This document shows, in pieces, positions 55,848 to 64,000 of a DNA stretch of 64,000 nucleotides. The first letter of the stretch is position 1; every line of letters begins with the position of its first letter. The notes beneath the pieces are model-generated. The model saw only the letters and a list, made by a program, of their open reading frames with translations, searched no databases and was not told the origin of the DNA. This DNA is from Candidatus Tectimicrobiota bacterium (lineage in GTDB: Bacteria; UBA8248), in assembly GCA_016192135.1 (NCBI GenBank), contig JACPUR010000013.1:204277-268276 (forward strand), in the 5' to 3' direction. A program made the position numbers and the translations under genes.

Positions 55848-57212
55848 TCACGCCTGTCCCCCGGGCTCGGCAATCCCGGCGCGCCAGCCCAGCTCTTCTT
55901 CGCACCAGCGGGCCGCCGCCAGGAGGCCCGCCTCGCCGAACCTCCGCGCGCCAAGCTGGATGCCGAAGGGCAGGCCCTCCCCGCCCCGCCCCAGGGGGAG
56001 GGTGACGGCGGGCTGCCCCGACAGCGAGAAGGGCTCGCAGAAGAGGCCGCTCCCCGTCGAAACCTCCCAGGGAGGCGACAGCTGATCGAACGTGGGGAGC
56101 ACGATCAGTTCATAATGCCCGTGGAGCCGGTCCACCGCCCGGATGAACCGCGACCGCAAGCGCATGGCGTTGACATAGTGAACGGCGGGCACCATGAACC
56201 CCGCCGTCACGGTCCGCCGGGTCGAGGGGGGGTAGGCGTCCATGTTCTCCCGGAACATCTCGCCGTGATAGCAAGCGGCATCCACGGCGCGGATCATCGC
56301 GTGGACCGAATGAATCAGTTCGCGGTCCATCGGGAGCCTTCCCTCCTCCACCTTCACGCCTTTCTCCCGCAGAAGAGAAACCGCCCTCAGCGTCCAATCC
56401 GCCACCTCTGCATTCGCCAAGGGCAGATAGTCTTCCTTCAACAACAGCGCCCGCCCCGGACGCCGGGGGGCGGAAGCGGCGGCGAAGTCTTGCGCGGGGA
56501 TATCCGGGGCCCCATCGTCTCCCGGCGCCGGCCCGGACATCACCGTGAGGAGGTGCGCCAGGTCTTCCACCGACCGGGCGATGAGGCCCACGTGGTCGAA
56601 CGTCCACGACACCTTGACGATCCCGGTCCGGGGTATCCGCCCGTACGTGGGCTTCAGGGCGCACACGCCGCAGAAGGCCGCGGGGCGTAGGGTGGAGCCC
56701 GTGGTCTGGGAGCCCAAGGCGACGGGCACCATCCCGGCCGCGACCGCCGCCGCCGAGCCGCTGCTCGATCCCCCGGGGCTGCGGGCGAGGTCCCACGGGT
56801 TCCGGGTGACGGAAGGGTCGGAGTTGGCGAAGGGGGTGGTCACCGTCTTCCCGATGGCGACCGCCCCGGCCGCCCGGAGGCGGGCGATGGAAACCGCGTC
56901 GGCATCGGGAACGTGGCCCCGGTAAAGGGGGGTCCCCGCCTCTCGCCGGAGGCCCTTGATGTCGAAGATGTCCTTGGCGCCGAAGGGCGCGCCCGCAAGC
57001 GGGCCTAAGGGGCGGCCCTCCGCCCGGCTCCGATCCGCCGCCCGGGCCGCCTCCAGAGCGCCCTCCCGGTCCACCTGCGCCCAGGCCTTCAACCGGTCTT
57101 CGCATTGGCCGATACGGGATAAGATGGCGCCCACCCACTCCGCCGCCGATAGGGTGCCCTCGGCCATGCGGCGGAGCCCTTCGCTCAGGGTGAATTTCCA
57201 GGACTCGGTCAT
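55848..57212 (-). CDS. Amidase-signature family amidase (GatA-like)
   Basis: Start at MTESWKFTL with a GGAGGA RBS. Contains the GGSSSGSAAAVAAG signature and AKDIFDIKG. Confidence 0.85.
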   Translation of the reverse strand: MTESWKFTLSEGLRRMAEGTLSAAEWVGAILSRIGQCEDRLKAWAQVDREGALEAARAADRSRAEGRPLGPLAGAPFGAKDIFDIKGLRREAGTPLYRGHVPDADAVSIARLRAAGAVAIGKTVTTPFANSDPSVTRNPWDLARSPGGSSSGSAAAVAAGMVPVALGSQTTGSTLRPAAFCGVCALKPTYGRIPRTGIVKVSWTFDHVGLIARSVEDLAHLLTVMSGPAPGDDGAPDIPAQDFAAASAPRRPGRALLLKEDYLPLANAEVADWTLRAVSLLREKGVKVEEGRLPMDRELIHSVHAMIRAVDAACYHGEMFRENMDAYPPSTRRTVTAGFMVPAVHYVNAMRLRSRFIRAVDRLHGHYELIVLPTFDQLSPPWEVSTGSGLFCEPFSLSGQPAVTLPLGRGGEGLPFGIQLGARRFGEAGLLAAARWCEEELGWRAGIAEPGGQA

Positions 57213-57418
57213 CGAGGTCCTCCATTCCCCGCCGCGGCAATTCGCACCGGCTCCCGCCTTCGCGCGGCAAACCGCGGCGGCTCGCCCGTCCTGAACATGG
57301 CACGGCTTTCGTCGGGAATGATATTCTAGCATCATTCATTTTTCACGGCGCCGTCGGCGGATTCCGGATGGCCTGGGCGGGAAACCCTCAGGAGTTCTCT
57401 TGGGTGAAGGAGCCGAAA

Positions 57419-58306
57419 ATGAACGAGCGGAGACGTCGTCTTCGGGCCTTGCTAGAAAGCGGGGATCCGCTGCTCGCCCCCGCCTGCATCGATGCGTTCA
57501 GCGCGCGCATGGTGGAGCAGGCGGGCTTTCATGTGAATTACCTGACGGGGAACGGGGCATCGGCGGCCCTGCTCGGCCGGCCGGACGTGGGCCTCATGAC
57601 GTTGCGGGAGGTGGCCGACGTGTGCCGGAACATCAGCCTCGCCACCGCCATTCCGCTCATCGCGGACGCCGACACGGGATATGGAAACGCCATCAACGTG
57701 ATTCGAACGGTCCGGGAACTCGAGCTGGCGGGGGCCGCCTGCCTTCAGCTCGAGGATCAGGTTACGCCGAAGCGATGCGGGCACCTCCCCGGCTCGAAGC
57801 CGGTGGTTTCGCTTGGCGAGCAAGTGGGGAAGCTCAAGGCCGCCCTGGACGCGCGCCAGGATCCCGATCTGCTGATCCTGGCACGGACGGACGCGGCGGC
57901 CGATCACGGGTTGGACGAGGCAATCCGGCGGGCGCATGCCTTCAAGGAGGCGGGAGCGGATCTGATTTTCATCGAAGTGGATGGAACGAGAGAGGAGCTT
58001 GTCCGGATCGGAAAGGAGGTCCCCGGGCCGCTGGCCGTCACGGTGGACGAGTCCCGGCGGGACGCACCGTTTTCTCCACAGGAGCTGGCCGCGCTCGGCT
58101 TCCGGCTGATCATATATCCCGGGATCATCCGCTGCACATATTTAAAGGCGGTCACGGATGCTCTGAGGATATTGAAGAAGGAAAGCTCGACCCTGGCGGC
58201 CAAGGATCGACTCGCCTCTTTCCGGGATTACAACCAAGCGCTAGGCATCGAGGAGATCAACGCCTGGGAAGAGAAGTATCTCTCATCCATCCGAAATCCG
58301 GCGTGA
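57419..58306 (+). CDS. Isocitrate-lyase / PEP-mutase superfamily enzyme (PrpB / carboxyvinyl-carboxyphosphonate phosphorylmutase / oxaloacetate decarboxylase-like)
   Basis: Start at MNERRRRLRALLESGDPLLAPACIDAFSARMVEQAGF after AAGGAG. Contains ADADTGYGN and EDQVTPKRCGH. Confidence 0.8.
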   Translation: MNERRRRLRALLESGDPLLAPACIDAFSARMVEQAGFHVNYLTGNGASAALLGRPDVGLMTLREVADVCRNISLATAIPLIADADTGYGNAINVIRTVRELELAGAACLQLEDQVTPKRCGHLPGSKPVVSLGEQVGKLKAALDARQDPDLLILARTDAAADHGLDEAIRRAHAFKEAGADLIFIEVDGTREELVRIGKEVPGPLAVTVDESRRDAPFSPQELAALGFRLIIYPGIIRCTYLKAVTDALRILKKESSTLAAKDRLASFRDYNQALGIEEINAWEEKYLSSIRNPA

Positions 58307-58427
58307 TCTCGAAAGGACATCCTGGAGGGCGGGATCCGGCGGCCCGGCTGTTTCATCGCCGGGCCTGATCCCGCGCCTTTTCAAATGAACCAGCCAACCA
58401 GATGCCCAATCCGTCCCTGAGACAAGG

Positions 58428-59180
58428 CTAGGCCAGTGCGCCTCCGTCCACCGGAAGGACCGTCCCGGTGACCATCGAGGAGGCTTCGCTCGCCAGAAAC
58501 ACCGCCGCCCCCGCGCAATCTTCCGCCTCCAGCAGGCGGGGGATCGGCTGGAGGGAGAGAACGCGCTGGAGTTTTTCTTCATTTTGCCAGGTGGCAGCCG
58601 AAAAATCCGTGCGGGTGAGTATGGGGGCGATGGCATTCACCGTAATTCCATAGCGGCCGAGCTCGGAGGCGAACTGGCGCGTCATCATGATCTGGGCGGC
58701 CTTGCTGATGCTGTAGTCGCCGTAGCCGGCCCGCGCCTTGAGGCCGGTGGAGGAGACGACATTGATCACCCTTCCCCACCCGCGCCCGGCCATGGGCCGG
58801 GCGAGCATCTGGATCATCTGGAGGTAGCCGCTCACGTTCGCGCGCATGGTGGCTTGCCAGCTTTCGAGAGGGCAATCCAGCAGGGGGCCGAGGGTGCCCC
58901 GGGCGGCGGCGTTGTTCACCAGGATGTCAATTCTTCCAAAGGCTGGCTCGGCCTTCCGGCAAAGGTCGAGGATTCCTTCCTCCCTGGACAGGTCCGACTC
59001 GGCCAAGGCGATCCTGCCTCCACCCGGGGGAATGCTTTCGGCCGCCCTCTTCAGCCGGACGCCATCCCGGCCATGCAGCACCACGTCCGCTCCGGCGGCC
59101 GCGAAGGCGCGGGCGATCGCGTGCCCGATGCCCCGGGCGCTGCCCGTGACCAAGGCGGTCTTCCCCCTCAGCGAGAACAT
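58428..59180 (-). CDS. SDR-family oxidoreductase
   Basis: TGSARGIG cofactor motif and catalytic YSISK. Confidence 0.85.
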   Translation of the reverse strand: MFSLRGKTALVTGSARGIGHAIARAFAAAGADVVLHGRDGVRLKRAAESIPPGGGRIALAESDLSREEGILDLCRKAEPAFGRIDILVNNAAARGTLGPLLDCPLESWQATMRANVSGYLQMIQMLARPMAGRGWGRVINVVSSTGLKARAGYGDYSISKAAQIMMTRQFASELGRYGITVNAIAPILTRTDFSAATWQNEEKLQRVLSLQPIPRLLEAEDCAGAAVFLASEASSMVTGTVLPVDGGALA

Positions 59181-59190
59181 GGCCTCTCCA

Positions 59191-60291
59191 TCAATCCAGC
59201 AGGACGGAACGGATGTAATCCTCGTTCCAGGCGAGGCCCAGGCCGGGCTTTTCCGAAAGGACGAGGGCGCCGTCCTGGAAATCGAAACCCTCTTGGAACA
59301 GCGGCTGCCACCAGGGCTGGTAGGTCTGCCAGATCGCCCCTGGCGTGGCCGCCTGAAGGTGAGCGCTCACCTCCATGAACATGTGGGGGGTGATCGGGAC
59401 GTTATAGGCGTGGCACAGGGCGGCGGACTGGCGCCAGCCGGTCACCCCGCCGATCCGCATGAGGTCCACCATCAGGTAGTCCGCCGCCCGCCGGCGCAGG
59501 AAAGGCAGGAGGCCCTGGGTGCCGAAATTCGTCTCCCCCGCGCAGACGGGGCAGTCGAGCGCCTGGCTGACCCGCGCGCACCCCTCGATGTCCTCGTGCG
59601 GAACCGGCTCTTCGAGCCAGTAGGGGCGGAGCGGCTCCATCGCCTTGCCCGCCTGAATCGCGGCCGGCGCATCCCATCCCTGGTTCACATCCACCATGAT
59701 CTCGATCTCGGGCCCCAGCGCCTCGCGGACGATGCAGCAGCGTTCCACATCATCCCGCCAGTCCTTCTTGCCCACCCGGAATTTAACCGCCCGGAAACCC
59801 CGCTCCTTCAGCTCGGCGGCCTCCTCGGCGAGTTGCTCCCGCGAGGCGTGGAGCCAGAGCGCCTCTCCGGCGTAGACCTCGGCCCGGTTCTTGAAGCCCC
59901 CGAGGATGCGGAAGAGCGGCAGCCCGGCGGTACGGGCCAGAGCGTCCCAGCATGCGGTGTCGATGGCCGCCATCGCGATCAGGGCGGAACCCGCATGGCC
60001 GATGAACGTGGTGGCGCTGTACAGCTTCCACCAGAGGGCCTCGGGAAGAAGGGCGCTCTCGCCGATGGCCGCCGCCGCGAGATCGCCGGTCAGGGCCGCG
60101 ATGGCGGCGATGCGTTTTTTCCCGAAGCAGAACGACCAGCCCATCCCCTGCACGCCGTCCCGGGTTCGCACGGTGACGAGGACGCTCTCGACGGTGTCGC
60201 TCCGGAAGGTGGCCGTGATCACCGGCCGGGCGATGGGCACCGAAACCGTCCTCACCTGAATCGACTCGATGAGGCCGCCCGGGACGCTCAT
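59191..60291 (-). CDS. Enolase-superfamily enzyme (mandelate racemase / muconate lactonising enzyme family)
   Basis: 366 aa. Contains KFRVGKKDWRDD, VDVNQGWD and LEEPV. Confidence 0.8.
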   Translation of the reverse strand: MSVPGGLIESIQVRTVSVPIARPVITATFRSDTVESVLVTVRTRDGVQGMGWSFCFGKKRIAAIAALTGDLAAAAIGESALLPEALWWKLYSATTFIGHAGSALIAMAAIDTACWDALARTAGLPLFRILGGFKNRAEVYAGEALWLHASREQLAEEAAELKERGFRAVKFRVGKKDWRDDVERCCIVREALGPEIEIMVDVNQGWDAPAAIQAGKAMEPLRPYWLEEPVPHEDIEGCARVSQALDCPVCAGETNFGTQGLLPFLRRRAADYLMVDLMRIGGVTGWRQSAALCHAYNVPITPHMFMEVSAHLQAATPGAIWQTYQPWWQPLFQEGFDFQDGALVLSEKPGLGLAWNEDYIRSVLLD

Positions 60292-61058
60292 GCCAGCGCC
60301 CCTCCATCCACGGGAATGACCGTCCCCGTGATCATTCCCGCCTCATCCGATGCCAGGAAGGCGGCGAGCGCCGCGACATCGTCCGGCTCGGCCAGCCGCT
60401 TGATGGAAAGCATGCGCATGACTTTTTCCTTTTCCTCCTCATCCTCCCACTGCCACTGCGAGAAATCCGTGCGCGTGAGCGTGGGGGCGATGGCGTTCAC
60501 CGTGATACCGTACTGGCCCACTTCCACCGACAGTTGCCGCGTCAGCATGACCTCCGTGGCCTTCGTTATCGCATAGTCCCCCATGCCGGGCCGGGCCTTG
60601 AGGCCGGTCGAGGAGGTGACGTTCAGGATGCGGCCCCAACCGCGCCGGCGCATGTCCCGGGCCGCCGCCTGGCAGAGGATGAAATAGGCGGTCACGTTCA
60701 CGGCGAACAGCCGCTCGAATGACTCCAGGGGAACTTCCATGATGGGCTTCCGGGAGGGCTTGGCAGCGGCGTTGTTCACCAGGATGTCGATCCGCCCGAA
60801 ACGCTCCATGTGGCGGTCCAGAACCCATTGGCAGCTCTCCGGGTCGGCCAGGTCGGCGGGAAGACCATGCGCGTCGACATGTAAGGCCTTCAGGGACGCG
60901 GCCGCCTCATCCAGCGTCTTCTCGTCCCTGCCCACGATGGAAACCCCCGCCCCTGTCCGGGCGAAACGCCGGGCGATGGCGAGGCCGATGCCCCGCGAGC
61001 CGCCCGTGACCATCGCCGCCTTGCCCGCGAGGGTGCCGCCCGCTCCCGGATGGTTCAT
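60288..61058 (-). CDS. SDR-family oxidoreductase (paralog of 58428..59180)
   Basis: TGGSRGIG cofactor motif and catalytic YAITK. 4-bp overlap with the downstream MR/MLE gene. Confidence 0.85.
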   Translation of the reverse strand: MNHPGAGGTLAGKAAMVTGGSRGIGLAIARRFARTGAGVSIVGRDEKTLDEAAASLKALHVDAHGLPADLADPESCQWVLDRHMERFGRIDILVNNAAAKPSRKPIMEVPLESFERLFAVNVTAYFILCQAAARDMRRRGWGRILNVTSSTGLKARPGMGDYAITKATEVMLTRQLSVEVGQYGITVNAIAPTLTRTDFSQWQWEDEEEKEKVMRMLSIKRLAEPDDVAALAAFLASDEAGMITGTVIPVDGGALA

Positions 61059-61062
61059 GCCC

Positions 61063-62175
61063 TCATTTCACCTCGTATTTGGCGACCGCTTTCTCGTCCC
61101 ATTCGAAGCCCGCCCCCGGGATAGGCTTCAGATGGATCAGCCCCTCCCGGAAATCCACGGGCTCTCTCAGCACCGGCTCCCACCACGGCTGGTATTCCTG
61201 CCAGATGGCATTCGGACTGGCCGAGAACAGATGGGAGCTGAATTCCATGAAAAGATGGGGGGTGACGGGCAAGTGGAACGCCTGCGCCACGCGGGCGGCC
61301 TTCATCCATTCCGTGACGCCGCCCATCCGCATGAGGTCGGGCATGAGAATGTCCGCGGTTCCGAGTTCGCACATCCGCCGGAAATCCTGGGAGGTGTAGT
61401 TCGTCTCGCCCGTGCAGACGGGGGTATCCAACGCCCGGGATACCTGGGCGCAGCCCTCCAGGTCCTCGTAGGGGAGAGGCTCCTCGATCCACGCCACGTC
61501 GAACTCTTCCAGGCGGCGGCCCATCTGAATCGCGGTCGGCGCGTCCCAGACCTGGTTCACGTCCACCATGAGCTTCGTCCCGGGCCCGACCGCCTCGCGC
61601 ACCGCCCGGACGCGGGCGATGTCCTCCTCCCTGTCCGGCTTGCCGACCCGCATTTTGACCCCCTTGAAGCCGCGCGCGGCGAATGAGGCCGCCTCCTCCT
61701 GGAGCTCGTCCACGGTCTGGTGGAGCCAGAGCCCCTGGCTGGCGTACGCCTCGACGGATTCGCGAGCGCCGCCCAGCAGCTTGTAGAGCGGCAGGCCCGC
61801 CACCTTGGCCGCGATGTCCCACAACGCGGTGTCGATGGGTGACATGGCTATGACCGCCGCCCCGCTGTGGCCGATGAAGGTGACGGCGTTCCACATCCGA
61901 CGCCAGCAGCGCTCGATTGCCAGGGCGTCCTCCCCTTCGAGCATCTCGCCCAGGTCGTCGATCATGAGCTGGATGCCGCGCACCTTTTTCCGGCCGAAGG
62001 CGAATATCCAGCCGATGCCGCTCACCCCCGCGTCGGTGTCCACGTCAACAAGAACCGAATCGATCCCGTTGATAGGGAAACTGGCCGTGAGGAGCGGCCG
62101 CTCCAGGGGAATGGAGACGAAGCGGGTGCGGACCTTCTTGATGCGGACCGGCTTGCCTGCATATCCGGAGGCCAT
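61063..62175 (-). CDS. Enolase-superfamily enzyme (MR/MLE family; paralog of 59191..60291)
   Basis: Start at MASGYAGKPVRIKKVRT. Contains KMRVGKPDREED, VDVNQVWD and IEEPL. The track ORF begins 18 codons earlier at 62229. Confidence 0.8.
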   Translation of the reverse strand: MASGYAGKPVRIKKVRTRFVSIPLERPLLTASFPINGIDSVLVDVDTDAGVSGIGWIFAFGRKKVRGIQLMIDDLGEMLEGEDALAIERCWRRMWNAVTFIGHSGAAVIAMSPIDTALWDIAAKVAGLPLYKLLGGARESVEAYASQGLWLHQTVDELQEEAASFAARGFKGVKMRVGKPDREEDIARVRAVREAVGPGTKLMVDVNQVWDAPTAIQMGRRLEEFDVAWIEEPLPYEDLEGCAQVSRALDTPVCTGETNYTSQDFRRMCELGTADILMPDLMRMGGVTEWMKAARVAQAFHLPVTPHLFMEFSSHLFSASPNAIWQEYQPWWEPVLREPVDFREGLIHLKPIPGAGFEWDEKAVAKYEVK

Positions 62176-62498
62176 CAGCCCACCACGTCCTTGCAGCTGA
62201 TGAACTCGACCTCCTCGTCGACCGCCCAATTGGAGTGCTCCGCATTGGCGGGGATATAGACGGCTTCGCCGGGTCCCAGTATCTTCTCCTCATCGCGGAC
62301 CCTGGAGCGGATGCGCCCCTTGAGGACCGTGATGATCTGCTCCTCGGGATGGGCATGAGTCTTCGCTCCGGTTCCCGCGGAGTAGCGGTAGTAGCCCACT
62401 TCGACCTTCTTGCCCTTGATGGTCGGACCTTCGGCGGTGGAATATTCGGGCCTGATCACGCTCCGGCTGATGTCGGCAAGCCTGAAGAAAGTTTCCAT
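62175..62498 (-). CDS. Cupin-domain protein
   Basis: Start at METFFRL with an AGGAGGA RBS. Cupin motif HAHPEEQIITVLKG...GEAVYIPANAEH. ATGA overlap with the downstream gene. Confidence 0.7.
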   Translation of the reverse strand: METFFRLADISRSVIRPEYSTAEGPTIKGKKVEVGYYRYSAGTGAKTHAHPEEQIITVLKGRIRSRVRDEEKILGPGEAVYIPANAEHSNWAVDEEVEFISCKDVVG

Positions 62499-62781
62499 GT
62501 GTCCTCCTGGGATGGCCATGGGAGGCGACGATGAGGTTCAAATGCGAGAGGGTTCAGCGCCGATGGGCAATTGTATCCGCTCTACCGTCGAATCTCCAGC
62601 GCCCCGCCGAATCCCCTGCCAATTCAACAAGAACACAGGAGAGAGGCAAGAAATCCGGACAGGGAACGCTCCCTTTGTTTTGGCGAACTGAAAAACACGG
62701 TAAGATTTGGATGAAATTCCGCCCATACCATAAAGATTTTGATCTCCATCGGGCTTTTATCCTGAGGCAAAGGGATACTCC

Positions 62782-64000
62782 ATGACCGAAGCTTTCGAGC
62801 GGAAGCGGTTGGCCTCCAAAGCCCTTTTTGAGCGCGCCAAGGGAACAATCGCGGGCGGCATCACCAGCGAATTGCGCGCGGCCGAGCCCTTCCCCATCTT
62901 CATCGAGAGGGCCGAGGGCTCCCGCAAGTGGGACGTCGACGGGAACGAGTACGTCGACTACTGCATGGGCAGCGCCGCCCTTCTGCTCGGCCACGCGCAT
63001 CCGGCCGTCGTGAAGGCCGTGTCGGACCAGGCGGCCAAGGGCACCCTCTACTCCGCCTTGACGGAGCTGGAGCTCCGCTGGGCCGACTTGGTGCGGGAGC
63101 TTTACCCCAGCGCCGAGCGGGTGCGGTTCGTCGGGACGGGGACCGAGGCGAACATCCTGGCCCTCCGGCTCGCCCGGGCCTTCGCGGGAAAACCCAAGGT
63201 CCTGCGCTTCGAGGGGCATTTCCACGGATGGGGCGACGACACGGCAGTCGGCGTCAAGATTCCCTGGAACGAGCCCCCCACTCACGGGCTTCCGCCCGGG
63301 GTGCGGGAAGCCACCGTCGTCTGCCCGGCCGAGAGCGGGGCCGCCGCCCGCGCTCTGGAGCAGGATTCCGCCATCGGGGCCATCATTCTCGAGCCTTCGG
63401 GGGCTTCCTGGGGGACCGTGCCCCTGCCGGCGGGCTTCCTCAAGGACCTGCGCGCCCTGGCGGACAAGCACCGGGTGCCCCTCATCTTCGACGAGGTGAT
63501 CACGGGCTTCCGGTGGAGCCCCGGTGGCGCCCAGGCGTCCGAGGGGGTCAAGCCCGACCTCACCACCTTGGCCAAGAACCTCACGGGCGGCCTGCCAGGG
63601 GGGGCGGTGGCCGGCCGGGAGGAAATCCTCTCCCTTCTCGACACATCGAGGGAGTACAAGGGCAAGAAGGCGGGCGTGTTCCACCGGGGGACATTCAACG
63701 CCAACCCAATCTCGGCCGCGGCGGGGGTCGCGGCGTTGGAGATCTTCCGGACGGGCGAGCCCCAGCGCCACGCGGACCGCCTGGCGGCCCGGCTCCGCGA
63801 GGGGATGCAGCGGATCCTGCGGAAGAGCGAGGTCGCCGGGGCGGTCTATGGCGACTCCTCCACCTTCCACATCTTCCTGGGAAAGGGAGCCCGGGGGACC
63901 ATCGAGGGGCTCTCCCCGGTGGACCTCAAGGGGATACCGCCCAGGACGGTAAACGCCCTCCAGCGCGCCCTCCGGCAGCGGGGGGTGGACCTTCTCTCCT
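62782..64000 (+). CDS. Class-III (PLP fold type I) aminotransferase, GSA-aminomutase-like; partial at window end
   Basis: Not in the ORF track because there is no stop before the window end. My own translation gives MTEAFERKRLASKALFERAKGTIAGGITSELRA...VGTGTEANILALRLARAF...DEVITGFR... Confidence 0.8.
   Translation, partial: MTEAFERKRLASKALFERAKGTIAGGITSELRAAEPFPIFIERAEGSRKWDVDGNEYVDYCMGSAALLLGHAHPAVVKAVSDQAAKGTLYSALTELELRWADLVRELYPSAERVRFVGTGTEANILALRLARAFAGKPKVLRFEGHFHGWGDDTAVGVKIPWNEPPTHGLPPGVREATVVCPAESGAAARALEQDSAIGAIILEPSGASWGTVPLPAGFLKDLRALADKHRVPLIFDEVITGFRWSPGGAQASEGVKPDLTTLAKNLTGGLPGGAVAGREEILSLLDTSREYKGKKAGVFHRGTFNANPISAAAGVAALEIFRTGEPQRHADRLAARLREGMQRILRKSEVAGAVYGDSSTFHIFLGKGARGTIEGLSPVDLKGIPPRTVNALQRALRQRGVDLLS

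Noticed and set aside
1-64000. CRISPR arrays, tRNA/rRNA genes, IS elements, integrases, toxin-antitoxin or defence-system genes
   Set aside because: I looked for regularly spaced short direct repeats, GGTTCGAATCC-type T-loops, terminal inverted repeats and transposase-like ORFs. I found none. Every large ORF is accounted for by transport or catabolic functions or by tpsAB.

Overview
This is a 64-kb window of high-GC (roughly 65-68% by eye) bacterial chromosome that is almost entirely coding, mostly on the minus strand. I found no rRNA, tRNA, CRISPR array or mobile element.

The left end carries a two-partner secretion locus. tpsB sits upstream of a giant tpsA whose 5' 3.9 kb is visible; the gene runs off the window start. 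tpsA contains long near-identical internal DNA repeats.

The rest is a dense uptake and catabolism island with many paralogous modules:
- two Fe(III)/polyamine-type ABC importers (family-1 SBP plus fused double permease), one with no ATPase gene
- a LivKHMGF-type branched-chain amino-acid importer
- a Dpp-like peptide importer (SBP plus two permeases, no ATPases) followed by twin M20 hydrolases
- an eight-gene operon with two TAXI-TRAP importers, a family-III CoA-transferase, a CitE-like lyase, an acyl-CoA dehydrogenase and an M24 hydrolase
- hbd, hydrolase and quinone-oxidoreductase genes
- hyuA/hyuB (hydantoinase/oxoprolinase family) with an SDR and a class-IV aminotransferase
- two LeuC/LeuD-like aconitase-family pairs bracketing the second ABC importer
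- an operon of amidase, AtuA-like (DUF1446), DUF4387, M20 and RraA-like genes
- a PEP-mutase/isocitrate-lyase-family gene
- a tandemly duplicated SDR plus mandelate-racemase/muconate-lactonizing-enzyme (MR/MLE) module with a cupin
- a partial class-III aminotransferase at the right end

The most interesting signals are the non-canonical gene contexts: the LeuCD-like pairs, M24 and M20 'peptidases' inside CoA and amide pathways, and AtuA/DUF4387. There is also a direct-repeat operator-like array in the hyuA-hyuB spacer. All functional calls come from my own reading of the translations and from family knowledge. No database search was run. Coordinates may be off by one or two bases in places.
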